Source: Setoptus koraiensis (Eukaryota; Animalia; Arthropoda). Taken from it: a stretch of DNA of 64,000 nt. The notes under the pieces are model-generated. The model ran no database searches. It was not told where the DNA came from and saw nothing but the letters and a program-made list of their open reading frames with translations. Position 1 is the first letter of the stretch. Each line of letters begins with the position of its first letter. The position numbers and the translations under genes were made by a program. The DNA lies in assembly GCA_048013815.1 (NCBI GenBank), contig CM106585.1, positions 868,001 through 932,000 on the forward strand. Direction: 5' to 3'. This document shows, in pieces, positions 42,519 through 53,238 of this stretch.

Positions 42519-42941
42519 CACTTCTATTAATTGAGCCAACTTGATGCCTATCTTCACAGTCACAGTATCGTTGACGTTCTCTACAGGTCTCACTAATTTA
42601 TTATAAGAGCTCATCAGATCGTCGTAAAGTCTTTTGGCGTCTTGAGTGGCTTCGACTTGCAAGAAGAATACAAAATTAAATTGACTGAGCACTTGTTGTA
42701 ACAGTGACGAAGGTTTTCTAACGAACGTTGACAAATGAGATGACTGTTGCTGCTGTGGTTGTAGTTGTTGTTGCTGCTGTAGGTCGTTGACGGTGCTCGT
42801 GGTGATTGTGGTTGTTGTTGTTGTAGTAGTAGTATCTTGATGGCTTGTTATTGATATTAGGCACACAATAAACCACACGAGCACAACGATAACCTTAGCT
42901 GGCCACTTGATGGCACCCTTACAGGTCGTCCGGCCCGCCAT
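42519..42941 (-). CDS. Nicotinic acetylcholine receptor alpha subunit (insect alpha3/alpha4-like), first coding exon only; no downstream exon found in the window
   Basis: [41 protein letters not shown] is the canonical nAChR alpha N-terminus. There is a hydrophobic leader, and a GTAAGT donor at 42518-42513 at the position where arthropod alpha genes have an intron. Confidence 0.88.
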
Positions 42942-43344
42942 TTGCCGTCACCCGTCGGGTATAGGTTATGTTTAGTGTGGCCGGCATTCATCGACGATCA
43001 TCTATTTTGAAGAGGCTGGCTAATGTGCGAGCGTCTCGAGGGGGACACAAAATGAAAATGATGCAACCTAATGCAAAAACAATTCACGTCGACAATGCAC
43101 TTTTATTATCCACTCGTTGTTGCCGTCGCTCTCTCTGCGCCTGATCAAACATAACGGCTCGTGCGCAAGCTTGCCAACCATTGGTGTGCCTACCATTGGT
43201 TGTGTGCGAATTCCATGTCAAGCTTGCGCACGAGAGAATAAGTTCGTTTCATCAGCGTACTCACACTTGTTTTTCGTCCCAACATGCTTTTACAAGTTCA
43301 GCGAGTTCGTTATTACATTGCATGTTCGTTATATCTGGTCTGAC

Positions 43345-43745
43345 AAGATCGTTGTGAGCGGTTCATGGTTATCGGAGTGACTAGGTCCAACCATCATCTC
43401 GTCGAAAATCTTGTCACTTTCATCCGTTACTTGAGCATCGTCTCCATGTTGAAATAGTCGCTCATTTGTTATAATTTCGTGGACAATTATACCAAATGAA
43501 TATATGTCGCCCTTTTTGGATCCACCCTTGTTATGTCCGGATGATCTCAGATGCTCAGGCGCCGTCCAGATTCTTTTTCTCATTGCGACATTTTCCTCGT
43601 CTTTTTCCTCAATCTGTTTATAAACAGATCGAAGACCGTAATCACTCAATTCGACCATAAAGCGTGAATCTACTAGACAATTGGTTGTTTTTAATCTACC
43701 ATGGAACTCGATCGGGCTACTATGTAGATAATTTAGGTATAGGTC
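43345..43745 (-). pseudogene. Receptor guanylyl cyclase, kinase-homology domain fragment
   Basis: YLHSSPIEFHGRLKTTNCLVDSRF...WTAPEHLR...KKGDIYSFGIIVHEI matches rGC KHD motifs. The TM segment, the first KHD half and the cyclase domain are absent. Confidence 0.85.
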
Positions 43746-43869
43746 TGATTGCAACTCTAAACGATTTGTGTACACCAACATTTATTGTATCGCTAGCTAT
43801 CTTAACTGAACTAGTTGGCATGGATGACGATAGGCCACGTTCTATGACTCACCCTTACTTACTAACACC

Positions 43870-44526
43870 CCTTGTACCCCTTGTAATCTTACCCGACAAA
43901 TCTGAAGACCAATGTATACGACCGATTCTTTCAATTGTGCGCCCTCTACCATTGAATAGTATCACTGGCTGAAATGAACCAGTCAATTGAATCATAATTG
44001 ACTAATTCATATTCTAAATTATAATCGGCATCTCGATCTCCGTTTTCATTAATATAAACTGTACCAGACAGCAATTTGTTAATTGTAGAATTCCACAGTG
44101 ATCGTGTCACAAACTCATGCCTATCGCTCAAATTGTAACTTTGATTTTCATGACGATTAAGATGGTCTAAACTCGATGATACCGGTAATTGCAGTGTCTG
44201 ATTGATGGCAAATGCATACATTCGAATGCAATCGTAGAATGAGGCTGAAAATGAACTGATGGACACATCTTCAGTCACTTGCGTGGTCCTGATATCTTTG
44301 CTCACATCATTTACGTAGAATATATAATAATTAATGAGAGGTACTTTTACATAGATAGAAATCAACGACTCAACTGCTTTTTTAGCTTGCTTGTTATGTT
44401 TTGATCCGGGCTGGTACCACAGATGTTAGATTTATGATCACTAGAATTAATCAAACTTCGTATGTTTATCATTTGTGTACTCAAATGTACCTCGTATATT
44501 GAACGATGTTGGTATGAGGTTAGTTG
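43870..44526 (-). pseudogene. Receptor guanylyl cyclase, C-terminal half of the extracellular ANF-receptor domain (frameshifted)
   Basis: SASFYDCIRMYAFAINQTL...LWNST...SGTVYINENGDRDADYNL, then a frame change to TGSFQPVILFNG...RIHW. Confidence 0.82.
44462..44526 (+). repeat. 65-bp direct repeat, copy 1 (copy 2 at 45765-45829)
   Basis: ATGTTTATCATTTGTGTACTCAAATGTACCTCGTATATTGAACGATGTTGGTATGAG(G/A)TTAGTTG, 64/65 identical. Confidence 0.95.
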
Positions 44527-44730
44527 AGTATGAGTATATTTCGAGGGGTTCATGTCTGCGAAAAGTCAAACTGTATAAAAGTGAGAAGAGTAAGAAATCA
44601 CATATTTATCCAATCTATTCGCACCAAAGAAAAGATTGCAGTGCAGCAGATTTCATCGAAATCGAGCAAGCAATTATGGGACACCCTACAAATAGAAGAT
44701 TTTATTGCAACACACATTCTTCCATATATA

Positions 44731-44952
44731 AAGGGTGGTCGCGGCTAGTTCGTTTTTTGAACTATTAAGGCTACGCTAGCGCTTCCACAGTGCATTTTTC
44801 GTGTGCTCACTGTGCCAACATTGTGTCGCCTTATCTTCGGTTGTCCTCGGTGAGAATTGCACAGAAAGTCGAAATCAGCTGCACGAAAAATGCACTGTGG
44901 AGGCTAGCGTAGCCTTAATAGTTCAAAAAACGAACTAGCCGCGACCACCCTT
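44731..44952. mobile_element. Non-autonomous Tc1/mariner-type MITE, 222 bp, ~70-bp TIRs, TA target-site duplication
   Basis: The left arm AAGGGTGGTCGCGGCTAGTTCGTTTTTTGAACTATTAAGGCTACGCTAGC... is the reverse complement of 44881-44952 apart from a 2-nt indel. TA at 44729-30 and 44953-54. Confidence 0.88.
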
Positions 44953-45051
44953 TATTTGGATAATTCTGCTGTGTTTCATCTTAATGAATAAAATAGCTTA
45001 CTAATTTATGCTTTAGGGCTTCTCTGGACAATGAATTTCATCATTCAGTGT

Positions 45052-45363
45052 TCAAAAGTCCTCGGGAGCTATATCATCAATTTCCGATAGATCAAAAGAA
45101 TCGAGAGCATATTTCATGCATTCCTCTCTCTTGTCCTTGAATTGTTCAACCAACTTGGTTGCTCTGGATTCGACAGCAGCGAAACCACCAACCAACCAGA
45201 ACCTGACTGCACCTCTTAATGGGCTCCAGTCTCTTTGAAGGGATTGTTTGAGTTTCAATAGTTCCTCTTTGCATTGTTCGAATTCTTCGTTGCAAGAGGC
45301 TAGACAAGTGAAAGCTGCGACCAAGATAGCAGCAATCATTGTTAGTTCGTACAAGATATGCAT
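45052..45363 (-). CDS. Single-exon 103-aa secreted orphan protein (signal peptide, predicted helical, 2 Cys in the mature part)
   Basis: MHILYELTMIAAILVAAFTCLASC|NEEFEQCKEELLKLKQSLQRDWS...KREECMKYALDSFDLSEIDDIAPEDF*. Intact frame, protein-like composition, no recognised family. Confidence 0.6.
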   Translation of the reverse strand: MHILYELTMIAAILVAAFTCLASCNEEFEQCKEELLKLKQSLQRDWSPLRGAVRFWLVGGFAAVESRATKLVEQFKDKREECMKYALDSFDLSEIDDIAPEDF

Positions 45364-45764
45364 TTTAAATTTGTATTTTTGATTAAAATTTCGATTTCCG
45401 AAAAAAGATGAATTAAAAATGATGTTCCCTTTTTCATCTGATCGAGATTGTGACCAGCAGCTCGACAAATCTATCTAAATCCATCCCATTGTCTCTCACA
45501 GGTATGGTTATAAATAGATTCACGATGAAGTTCCGATATTGCTGTCGTATGAAATATTTGAACTCACGGCTTTATTTCAATTTGAAAATTCTCTGTCTCA
45601 ATCAAGTGGATCTCAAAAAAATTGATCCGATGCATAATTATATATCTTTTGTCTAAAAGATACATTTCCTGGGTGCAAAGGAATTTTTTTCTTCCAAATT
45701 CATGAGCCATTCATCAGGTTAGTTCGGAACATCAGGCGTGGCATTTACACGCTTATCAATATTC

Positions 45765-46135
45765 ATGTTTATCATTTGTGTACTCAAATGTACCTCGTAT
45801 ATTGAACGATGTTGGTATGAGATTAGTTGCTGTTGGATGCTATCTTTAACCGCTGAACTATTTGAGTCTGTTTCATCGACAATCATTGCTATATTAACCC
45901 ATTTGAATGGTTTAAAAATCTTGAATAGAAACTCAACTGCTTGCTCTAAAGAAAACGCAACATGTGTTAGTGTCTTGAACAAAATCTTAGGACAATTCCG
46001 ACATCTGTTATAACAGGTATCTGCCATGACGAGGCTATTTGCGAAACACTCTTTATAGCCTCATCACAACCGGAAACAATCTTGCGTCATTCACAAAATA
46101 TTCTTCGGCGGCTACAGCGCTAGCATATTGATTCG
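45765..46135 (-). pseudogene. Receptor guanylyl cyclase, N-terminal half of the ANF-receptor domain (at least two frameshifts)
   Basis: After a TCTCAG acceptor: GSCSNQYASAVAAEEYFVNDARLF / GCDEAIKSVSQIASSWQIPVIT / FKTLTHV...KIFKPFKWVNIAMIVD, with a frame change at each slash. Confidence 0.8.
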
Positions 46136-46857
46136 AGCACGAGCCTGCATTCCTGAGATTAAGTTTTAATTTTTAGTTCGGGTGGTACAAGCTATAGCCA
46201 TGCGCAGATGACTGTGCATTGTTGGAGCGTACTCTCACACACACTTGATGTGACTATGAAAACTGAATAAAAGTCTATACTAACAAATTGCACTTGCGCA
46301 CCGTCAACGTCCCAATGCTGGAAAACGTGGTCGCCAATGCTCACCACGTTGCGTTTATTCCTATTCCCAATGCTCATGTGAGTCGTCTTCACCTATCTTG
46401 CAAAAGATATATCTAGTTATAAAAATATTCAAATATCTATCAGCGATCAGGTCCCCAATAACAACAAATGCAATCAAAATAGAGGAGAAATATTGACAAC
46501 TTTGGATCGAATGTAGGTGAGTGTAACTGTTGAATTTTTCCATTTTCGATGCAGTACTATCCGTTGGGACGACCTTTACATTGTTGCTTCAGCCTACGAG
46601 AACTGCTAAATTAAACGCGATAGAACGGCAATGTCAAAAATTCAGCTTGTGTTTATTTTAATCAGTTGGATGCCGAATGCTAGTTCACATTTAATCATCC
46701 TAATTTAAACTCTCACTCCAAGTCACTTCAACACTAATCATTCGATCCACTCCGAAAGCCTTACAGGAATCAGCCAGTAATAATAATATATTTATCACCC
46801 ATGATGCACCAATTTGGATGAGGAGGATCCGTTTAGTCTAGCCTTTACCTGTCGCAT

Positions 46858-48536
46858 TTAATCTTTTTTCTCACTCGACTCTCTTCCATTGTGTTTAACC
46901 ACGGAAATTGAAGGCACCGACCTATCATTCTGGAACGTTACCTTATAGAATGCCCTCAGTATCAACTGGACAAACGATAATGGTGAATAGTGAAGGGACG
47001 GATATCATTTATTATCCGAATAATACTTTATCGGAATTATTATCATGAGACACTAGTCGTACTCACAGTCAACCACAGAATATCCAAAGCAACAAATGTC
47101 AATGCTATTGTCATGATAATGATGAACAATGGACTGTGGCCATGAATCTCAACAAATCTAATACCGTGATATATACAAAATAGTGGAAAGTAGTAAAGCT
47201 GATTTGTATAGAATAATACTGTAAAAATAATAAAACAAAGTCTAGTCAATCTTTCGATCGAATGAACCAATTTTCCGTGTTGCCACTTTAGACAAACCAA
47301 AATTTTAGAAAATTCTAGCCAGGCATCACACGTGTCGCGCATAAGTAACACAGGAATTCCCATAGCCTGAATCCTATGTTATAGTTTGAAGATGGATAAT
47401 AGCAGTCAGTTGGCAATGTGTCTCGGCAGGGAGTTGGGAAGAAGGAGAGCTGTAAAATTGCGGACAGATGGGATTGCACTATATTGTTACTTACCTGACA
47501 AGATACATAAATGTTATCATCGAAACAGCAGCGAAATGATGTATCAACATTGTGATACTGCCTTTGCGCCATTGCTTTGTTTAGGAATGCAAATAAACAA
47601 TAATTAGTACACCGTTTGATCGACACTTCATCTCAACGAGATGTAACTAAATACCGGAGGAATTCCAGAGCTCTACTTCCACCTACCTCGTCACCCAATA
47701 TTGCTACTGTAGCGTGTGAATAGAAAGCTAGCTATAATTGGGTAGAAACAATTACATTTGATAAAGTTGAGTTAAATAATACTGTTGTCGTTACTATTTG
47801 ACACTCTTAAAATACTTTTAGCGCGTACCTCAACCATAGTTAGTATGTAATCGATGGGGGCGATTCCACTCTCGATAGAGTGACCTGGTTGTATGATGAG
47901 GGGAGGTTGAATTAACCAAACCATTTGATTTGTCGGAATACTCAAAATTATTTTATTGCTCAGAAATTCTAGATGCATTATTGGATACAATAATTCCGCT
48001 CTTACTTATAATCATGCGATCCGGATTTGTGAAATACTGAGTATTCTCCCGAATATAGCAGCAGTAAACCAATGTACAGGAAGTCGTTGAATAGAACAGC
48101 AAACGCCATAGGCTTTCATTTAAATTTTCTATATTATTCGTCCTGAGTTCTAAGTTAGTGATAACGTCCTGATGAAAAATAAAATTTGCAACAGAATCAT
48201 TATAGAATCTCTTTTGTACTGTAAGATAAAACAAATTTGCATGTATCTTGTTCACGCTAGACTCACTGATCTTCTGATATAAGTGGTGAATATTCTCTTC
48301 ATAACTCCTAAGACTAAAGTCAAAACTGCAACCAAAAAAACATCATGAATGCTAGCATTGGACAACATTGATCCCAATGAAGATTTAAACGCTTTCGTAT
48401 TCGAGAATGGTTCATTTCCGTTTATTAATGCTCCATCTTTGTTTGAGTATCTCCTCAGATCGTAGAATGCCTCATTGTAGTATACATAAACTCTGTGAAT
48501 AATATCTGAATAGCTAGTGAGGTGATTGACAGACAT
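46858..48536 (-). CDS. Ceramide synthase (Lag1/TLC family, CerS1-like), 6 exons, 355 aa
   Basis: Exons 48536-48267, 48168-48006, 47968-47829, 47574-47495, 47373-47067 and 46965-46858 splice in frame with GT-AG. Motifs: NESLWRLLFY, QWRKGSITMLIHH, GIPVLLMRDTCDAWLEFSK, LYYFP. The exon 3 acceptor (37-bp intron) is the least certain. Confidence 0.85.
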
Positions 48537-48545
48537 TATTTGCGG

Positions 48546-48553
48546 TATCGATA
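48546..48553. promoter_or_regulatory. DRE-like palindrome TATCGATA just upstream of the CerS start codon
   Basis: Exact match to the DREF element known from Drosophila housekeeping promoters. It is only 8 bp and very close to the ATG, so it could be chance. Confidence 0.25.
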
Positions 48554-49739
48554 ACTCTATTCTATAGAAAGAATCTGATTCAATAGAAATTTAAATTGAT
48601 GGATTCATATAATCAATGAATCGAATCAATTAAGTTGACTGGATACATTTTATTGAAACCTATTGGATGGCATGTATCGACAATCATCCTCAAGGTGCCG
48701 TTCGGATGCAACGGAGGATGCAACTGCAACTCACAATGCTGAGCTCAATATCTGGATCAAATTATAGGTGGTGAAATTCAAAACTACGCTCTATATGGCT
48801 AGATATTGTAGTAGTTTCTGTTGAGAGTCGCGAGCTTGTTGCGGTATTTAATCGACATTCACTATGGAGTAAATAATGATAACAGTAACGCAAACAAACT
48901 TTCATTTATATAATTGCATAATCATACCTACGTGGCACAGGTGGACTTATAGTTGGAACATGTTTGTCTATTTGTTTCTAAATTATCTGATAGATAATTT
49001 AACAACTATCGAGTAGTAACAATGGATCAATCAAGATAAGCTACAGCATGTTTTAAGATACAAGTATTAATTTGACTTGTTGATGAATTAATTTAAAGAA
49101 AGCAGTGTTGCTAAAATGACGTATTCAACATATTTTTACATACAGTTTCCTAACTAGTTGAGGTCAACAACCGCACAGCCAGTCATCAAACTCTATCTAT
49201 TACTCTAATTCTTGTCAAGACTTCTTGCCTTGACATCAGTTTCATTCAATTTGTGGAGTCATGCAGGAAAATGAGTCCTGTTTGTCATTGTGGAAACATC
49301 TCGGGAGCTTTGAAAACCAGTTGGATGACGACATTGCTGGATGTCTTTGAAATACTAACAAGCGATGGTCTTGACAATCTGTAGCATCTGTATGTTTGCG
49401 TCGGAACATGGATGGTCAACAGAGAGATAGCTTACAATTATTTGATATACTTGTTTCTCCTTCGTGATTACGTGGCCTGGTTATAATCAGTTTATTGATT
49501 GTGTTGATCAGCAAATTTCTATTTTGGCTCAACACGAAAGCATCGCCCTCGAACACCATCCATCACCTCAGGTTAAGGTCAACAATATGACTTTGCCTAT
49601 CTTCAAGTCGAATAAGGCTCAAATAAGTCTGTTGAGGTTCTAGGTATTATACAAACACTGGTGTTTTCAGCATTAAAACTCTGCAGTTGGAAATTCAGAA
49701 ACAAATCAAAGAATTCTTCCAAGTTTGAAAACCATCATC

Positions 49740-51938
49740 ATGGTCACAGCATGGAAATTATGCTTAATATGTATCCTATATCAAGTAGTACAAACTCAAT
49801 CCCTAGGTAAGACACATTTACAAAAACACCGTTACTAGATGAGTGTGCAGTGCTAAACTAATACGTTGTTTTTCGTCTTTTTTCCAGGTTTAACCCAAAA
49901 GAGAAATGGGCGACTAACAGAGAATTCGAACAAGGTAGCGGACTCGACCACAGACGGGCGAAGTTTCGCTTTCGATGCAGCTAGCCTTGATCCATGGGAT
50001 CTAGACATAAAAGAATATGATTTGTTTGAGTTTTTGGGTAACTTATCGAGCAAGTACAACAGCTCCTATCTGAACAGTTCACAAGGGTTAGATTCAAGAT
50101 CATCTTTGCCGGTGGCGTCGCTTACAGAAGTCAACAATGTCACTATATCGGAGCAACCGGCGACAAGAGAAGATATATCAGCTACTACTACGCAACAAGT
50201 CTATAATTCTCTGAGCAATGGAGACAGTGATATAGCCGAAAGTAAATGGCAATATGGAATATTTGATAGATTTACTAGGATGAGATCAACAACCTCAACC
50301 ATGTCACCAGATATTAGTTTGACTGTAGACGATGTTCGTAAATACAATACGGAGGACTGTGGTCTTAGAACTTATACTCCTGGTAAAGAGGAAGTGTTAC
50401 TCAGTCCAGAATTCTTCGATCTTGCCTCACCTTTTGATATGAACTCACGTTTTGCTCCGAATAGACGTCAGCAATTATCTCACAGACCGCTGGACAGAAT
50501 AGACAGTATCAGGGGCGATTCCCATGAGCAAGCAAGTGAAAATAAAAGGCCTATTGAACATTTGCTAACACTCGACAATCAACAGCAGCAATCAAATGAC
50601 AGAGATTATGCCCAACATAAAAATCTAGACGCTAATTATGAGAGTCAAATAAGGGAAAAAGTCAAAGATAAGGGCTTGCAATTACCATCAACTCAAGACG
50701 AGAGCCAGGTTTCGCCTGACGTTTTTGCCAATCTATCAGGAAGAAGATCATCGAACTCTTCAACTTTTGCTGACAAACCATTTCCGAACAACGATGACAA
50801 AGACAAAACTCTTTCTATCTTTAGTCATCAAGATAATAGCTTAAAGTCTTCTGATAAGAAATGGTTGGACAGGCTCGATGCATTGACACTTGAGGCTCGA
50901 GTTATCGGGGGTAGCGACGCGCGTCTGTAAGTCTCAAAAAAAAACAACGCAAAGGCAAACAACAACAGAACTATCCATTCGCCTGATATAAATAGTACAC
51001 AAACTAATGAGACTTCATCTTCTCATTTATTCAAATATTTAGGGGCGATTCTCCTTGGTCGGTTTCTTTGCAGGCGCTTGTATCACGCCCAGGCACTGGC
51101 GTTGTGGAATACAGGCACTTTTGCGGGGGAACCCTCATATCGGATCAGTACATTCTGACAGCGGCTCATTGCTTAGATTTCATGGTGGGAAGAGAGTCTC
51201 GTCTATTTGTGGCTGTGGGAGATCTTCATTGGCGGTTGTCGCCCTCATCCAGGTATGGCCGTCGTGTTGGTGTTGAAAGAATGGTCATTCATGCAAGCTA
51301 CAAAAGCACCGCCTTTGGACATGACATTGGCCTCATACGAACAAAAGAACCAATCAAACCAATTAAGGTGGCCGGACGTTACATTGTAAACACAGTTTGT
51401 TTACCGGAAAAAGGTGTGGAACATGATGGTGATGCGGAACTAGTAGGTTGGGGCCTGTTCTCAAACAGAAATGAAATGGCTGACGCGCTTCAGATAGCTG
51501 ATGTGCCCATATTGCCCAGATCCTTATGTGTCGATTTGTATAGACGCCGTACAGGATTGATACAGTGGCTCATAGGTATTGAGTTGATTACCGACAAGCA
51601 GATATGCGCCGGAACATTTGGTAGAGGTATATGTCAGGGCGATTCGGGTAGTGCGCTTGTTTACAACGAAAAACCCGACAAACTTCAGATAAATTCAACT
51701 ACGCAATCATCAAGTCGTGCTACAATCATAGGCACAGTGGCATTTGGTGGCATAAGAAGATGCTCTTACCAGGTAAGTAGTGAAGAAAAATGATGCATGA
51801 TTCTATCTGGTTTGTGGTAGTCGGCTTCGACAATCAACTAATACACACTTCGTCAATCTTAATTCACAGAGCCTGCCAGGAGTTTATATGCAAACAAGCA
51901 AGTACATAGACTGGATTGTGCCGAGAATGTTTCCTTGA
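49740..51938 (+). CDS. Secreted S1A (chymotrypsin-family) serine protease with long low-complexity prodomain, 4 exons, 634 aa
   Basis: Exons 49740-49806 (signal peptide MVTAWKLCLICILYQVVQTQSLG), 49888-50926, 51043-51772 and 51870-51938 are in frame with GT-AG. Activation site R|VIGG. Triad motifs TAAHC, HDIGL, GDSGS. C-terminal PGVY...YIDWI. Confidence 0.92.
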
Positions 51939-51985
51939 ACCGATTCACTGAAACAGAATCCAACGAAATTTACAACAAATAATGT

Positions 51986-53238
51986 AGGCCATATCATAAA
52001 GAGATGACCAGGTTTGCATGAGTGTCAACCCGGATTTGTAATGAATTAACAATTCTGGATTCAATGACTCTGTATTGGTTGGAATTAGTTGATTTGTACT
52101 TTTCAGCTTCTTTGCTGGCGGATCTTCGGTAGGGCTAGAACTATTAAGATCTGCATTCTTAGACTTATTGGAGCGTTTCCCACCCTTAGTGTCCTTCTTA
52201 TCGGTAACATGTTTTTTATCTGAGGTTCTACACTCCATCAGACATTCAAGAATACTCTCGTACTCCGGAGTGGTACTGTTCACTCAGATGAAATATTCCA
52301 ATTCATTCCACAACAGCTTGTAAATATTATTCAATTTTGATTGGACCTGATGTTGATCTGGTGAGTGAAGATATTGTTGGTGCACTGAGCGCAATTCCTT
52401 CATTCTCCATGTTGAGAATCTCGTAGATATTCTTTTTGCATTCCAAGACGTTCTCCATTATAAGATTATCCTTCGGAACACAGGCTAACAGCCGAGCCAC
52501 TTGAGGTTGCATATTGTACAATATAGTATGGCTTGATGTCAATGGCCAGTAGAGTGTCTGTTTCTTGATAGGATTGAGCGATTTGTGTATTGGATAAATT
52601 GTTTCTTTGCGAGCTCTCCCAAAGACCTTGCATGTTGTTAGTGTGTTGCGCTTGATGAAATCATTGAAATCGGAATCGTACACCATCGAAGTGTTTAGGA
52701 TTTATAGGGGAAACCGTGACGGTATTTTTCGTTCACTACTCCCTCGAAGATAGGGTTCCCACTTTTAGTCAAATCATCGTGGGCGGACGAACAATGCATA
52801 ATTTCCATGTCATAGTTCGAAGATAATAAGTACCTCACAATGTTTGATAGGTGCTTGATTGGCAGCACTAGATTGGGTATTGGTTGCTTTGCTCGAGCCT
52901 GGCGTTTCTTGAACCATAGATTCGTATTTGGAGTGAACTAGTTCTTTAGCATAATTAATTATATTCTGTATGCTCGATTCCTGTTGGAATGACGAGACAA
53001 GCACAATGCGACCCTCATTAGACTGCAAATAGTTATTGGAATATTTTCGATTTTTGGACGAGGCTCTTTTTTGTTGGACGGAATTCAGTGTGCATAAAAG
53101 CTCGAACGCTTTGACGAGCGCATCTCGTAGGTTTTTACCATTCGAATTAGGATACTGCGATACGTCAATAGTGTGAAGTAGAGGTTCATGCCTCTGGTAG
53201 GTTTAATGTTCACTCTTTGCCAATGATTTCATCAGATG
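51986..53238 (-). pseudogene. Redundant 3'-part copy of INTS13 with four deletions (196, 14, 289 and 215 bp relative to the intact copy)
   Basis: Colinear with 55891-57661. The stop codon and C-terminus are deleted, frameshifts are present, and the 5' end is absent. Confidence 0.93.

Noticed and set aside
49261-49640. Protein-like fragments between CerS and the protease (FIDCVDQQISILAQH...)
   Set aside because: Multiple stops and no assignable family. It may be TE debris in a divergent promoter region, but this cannot be supported.
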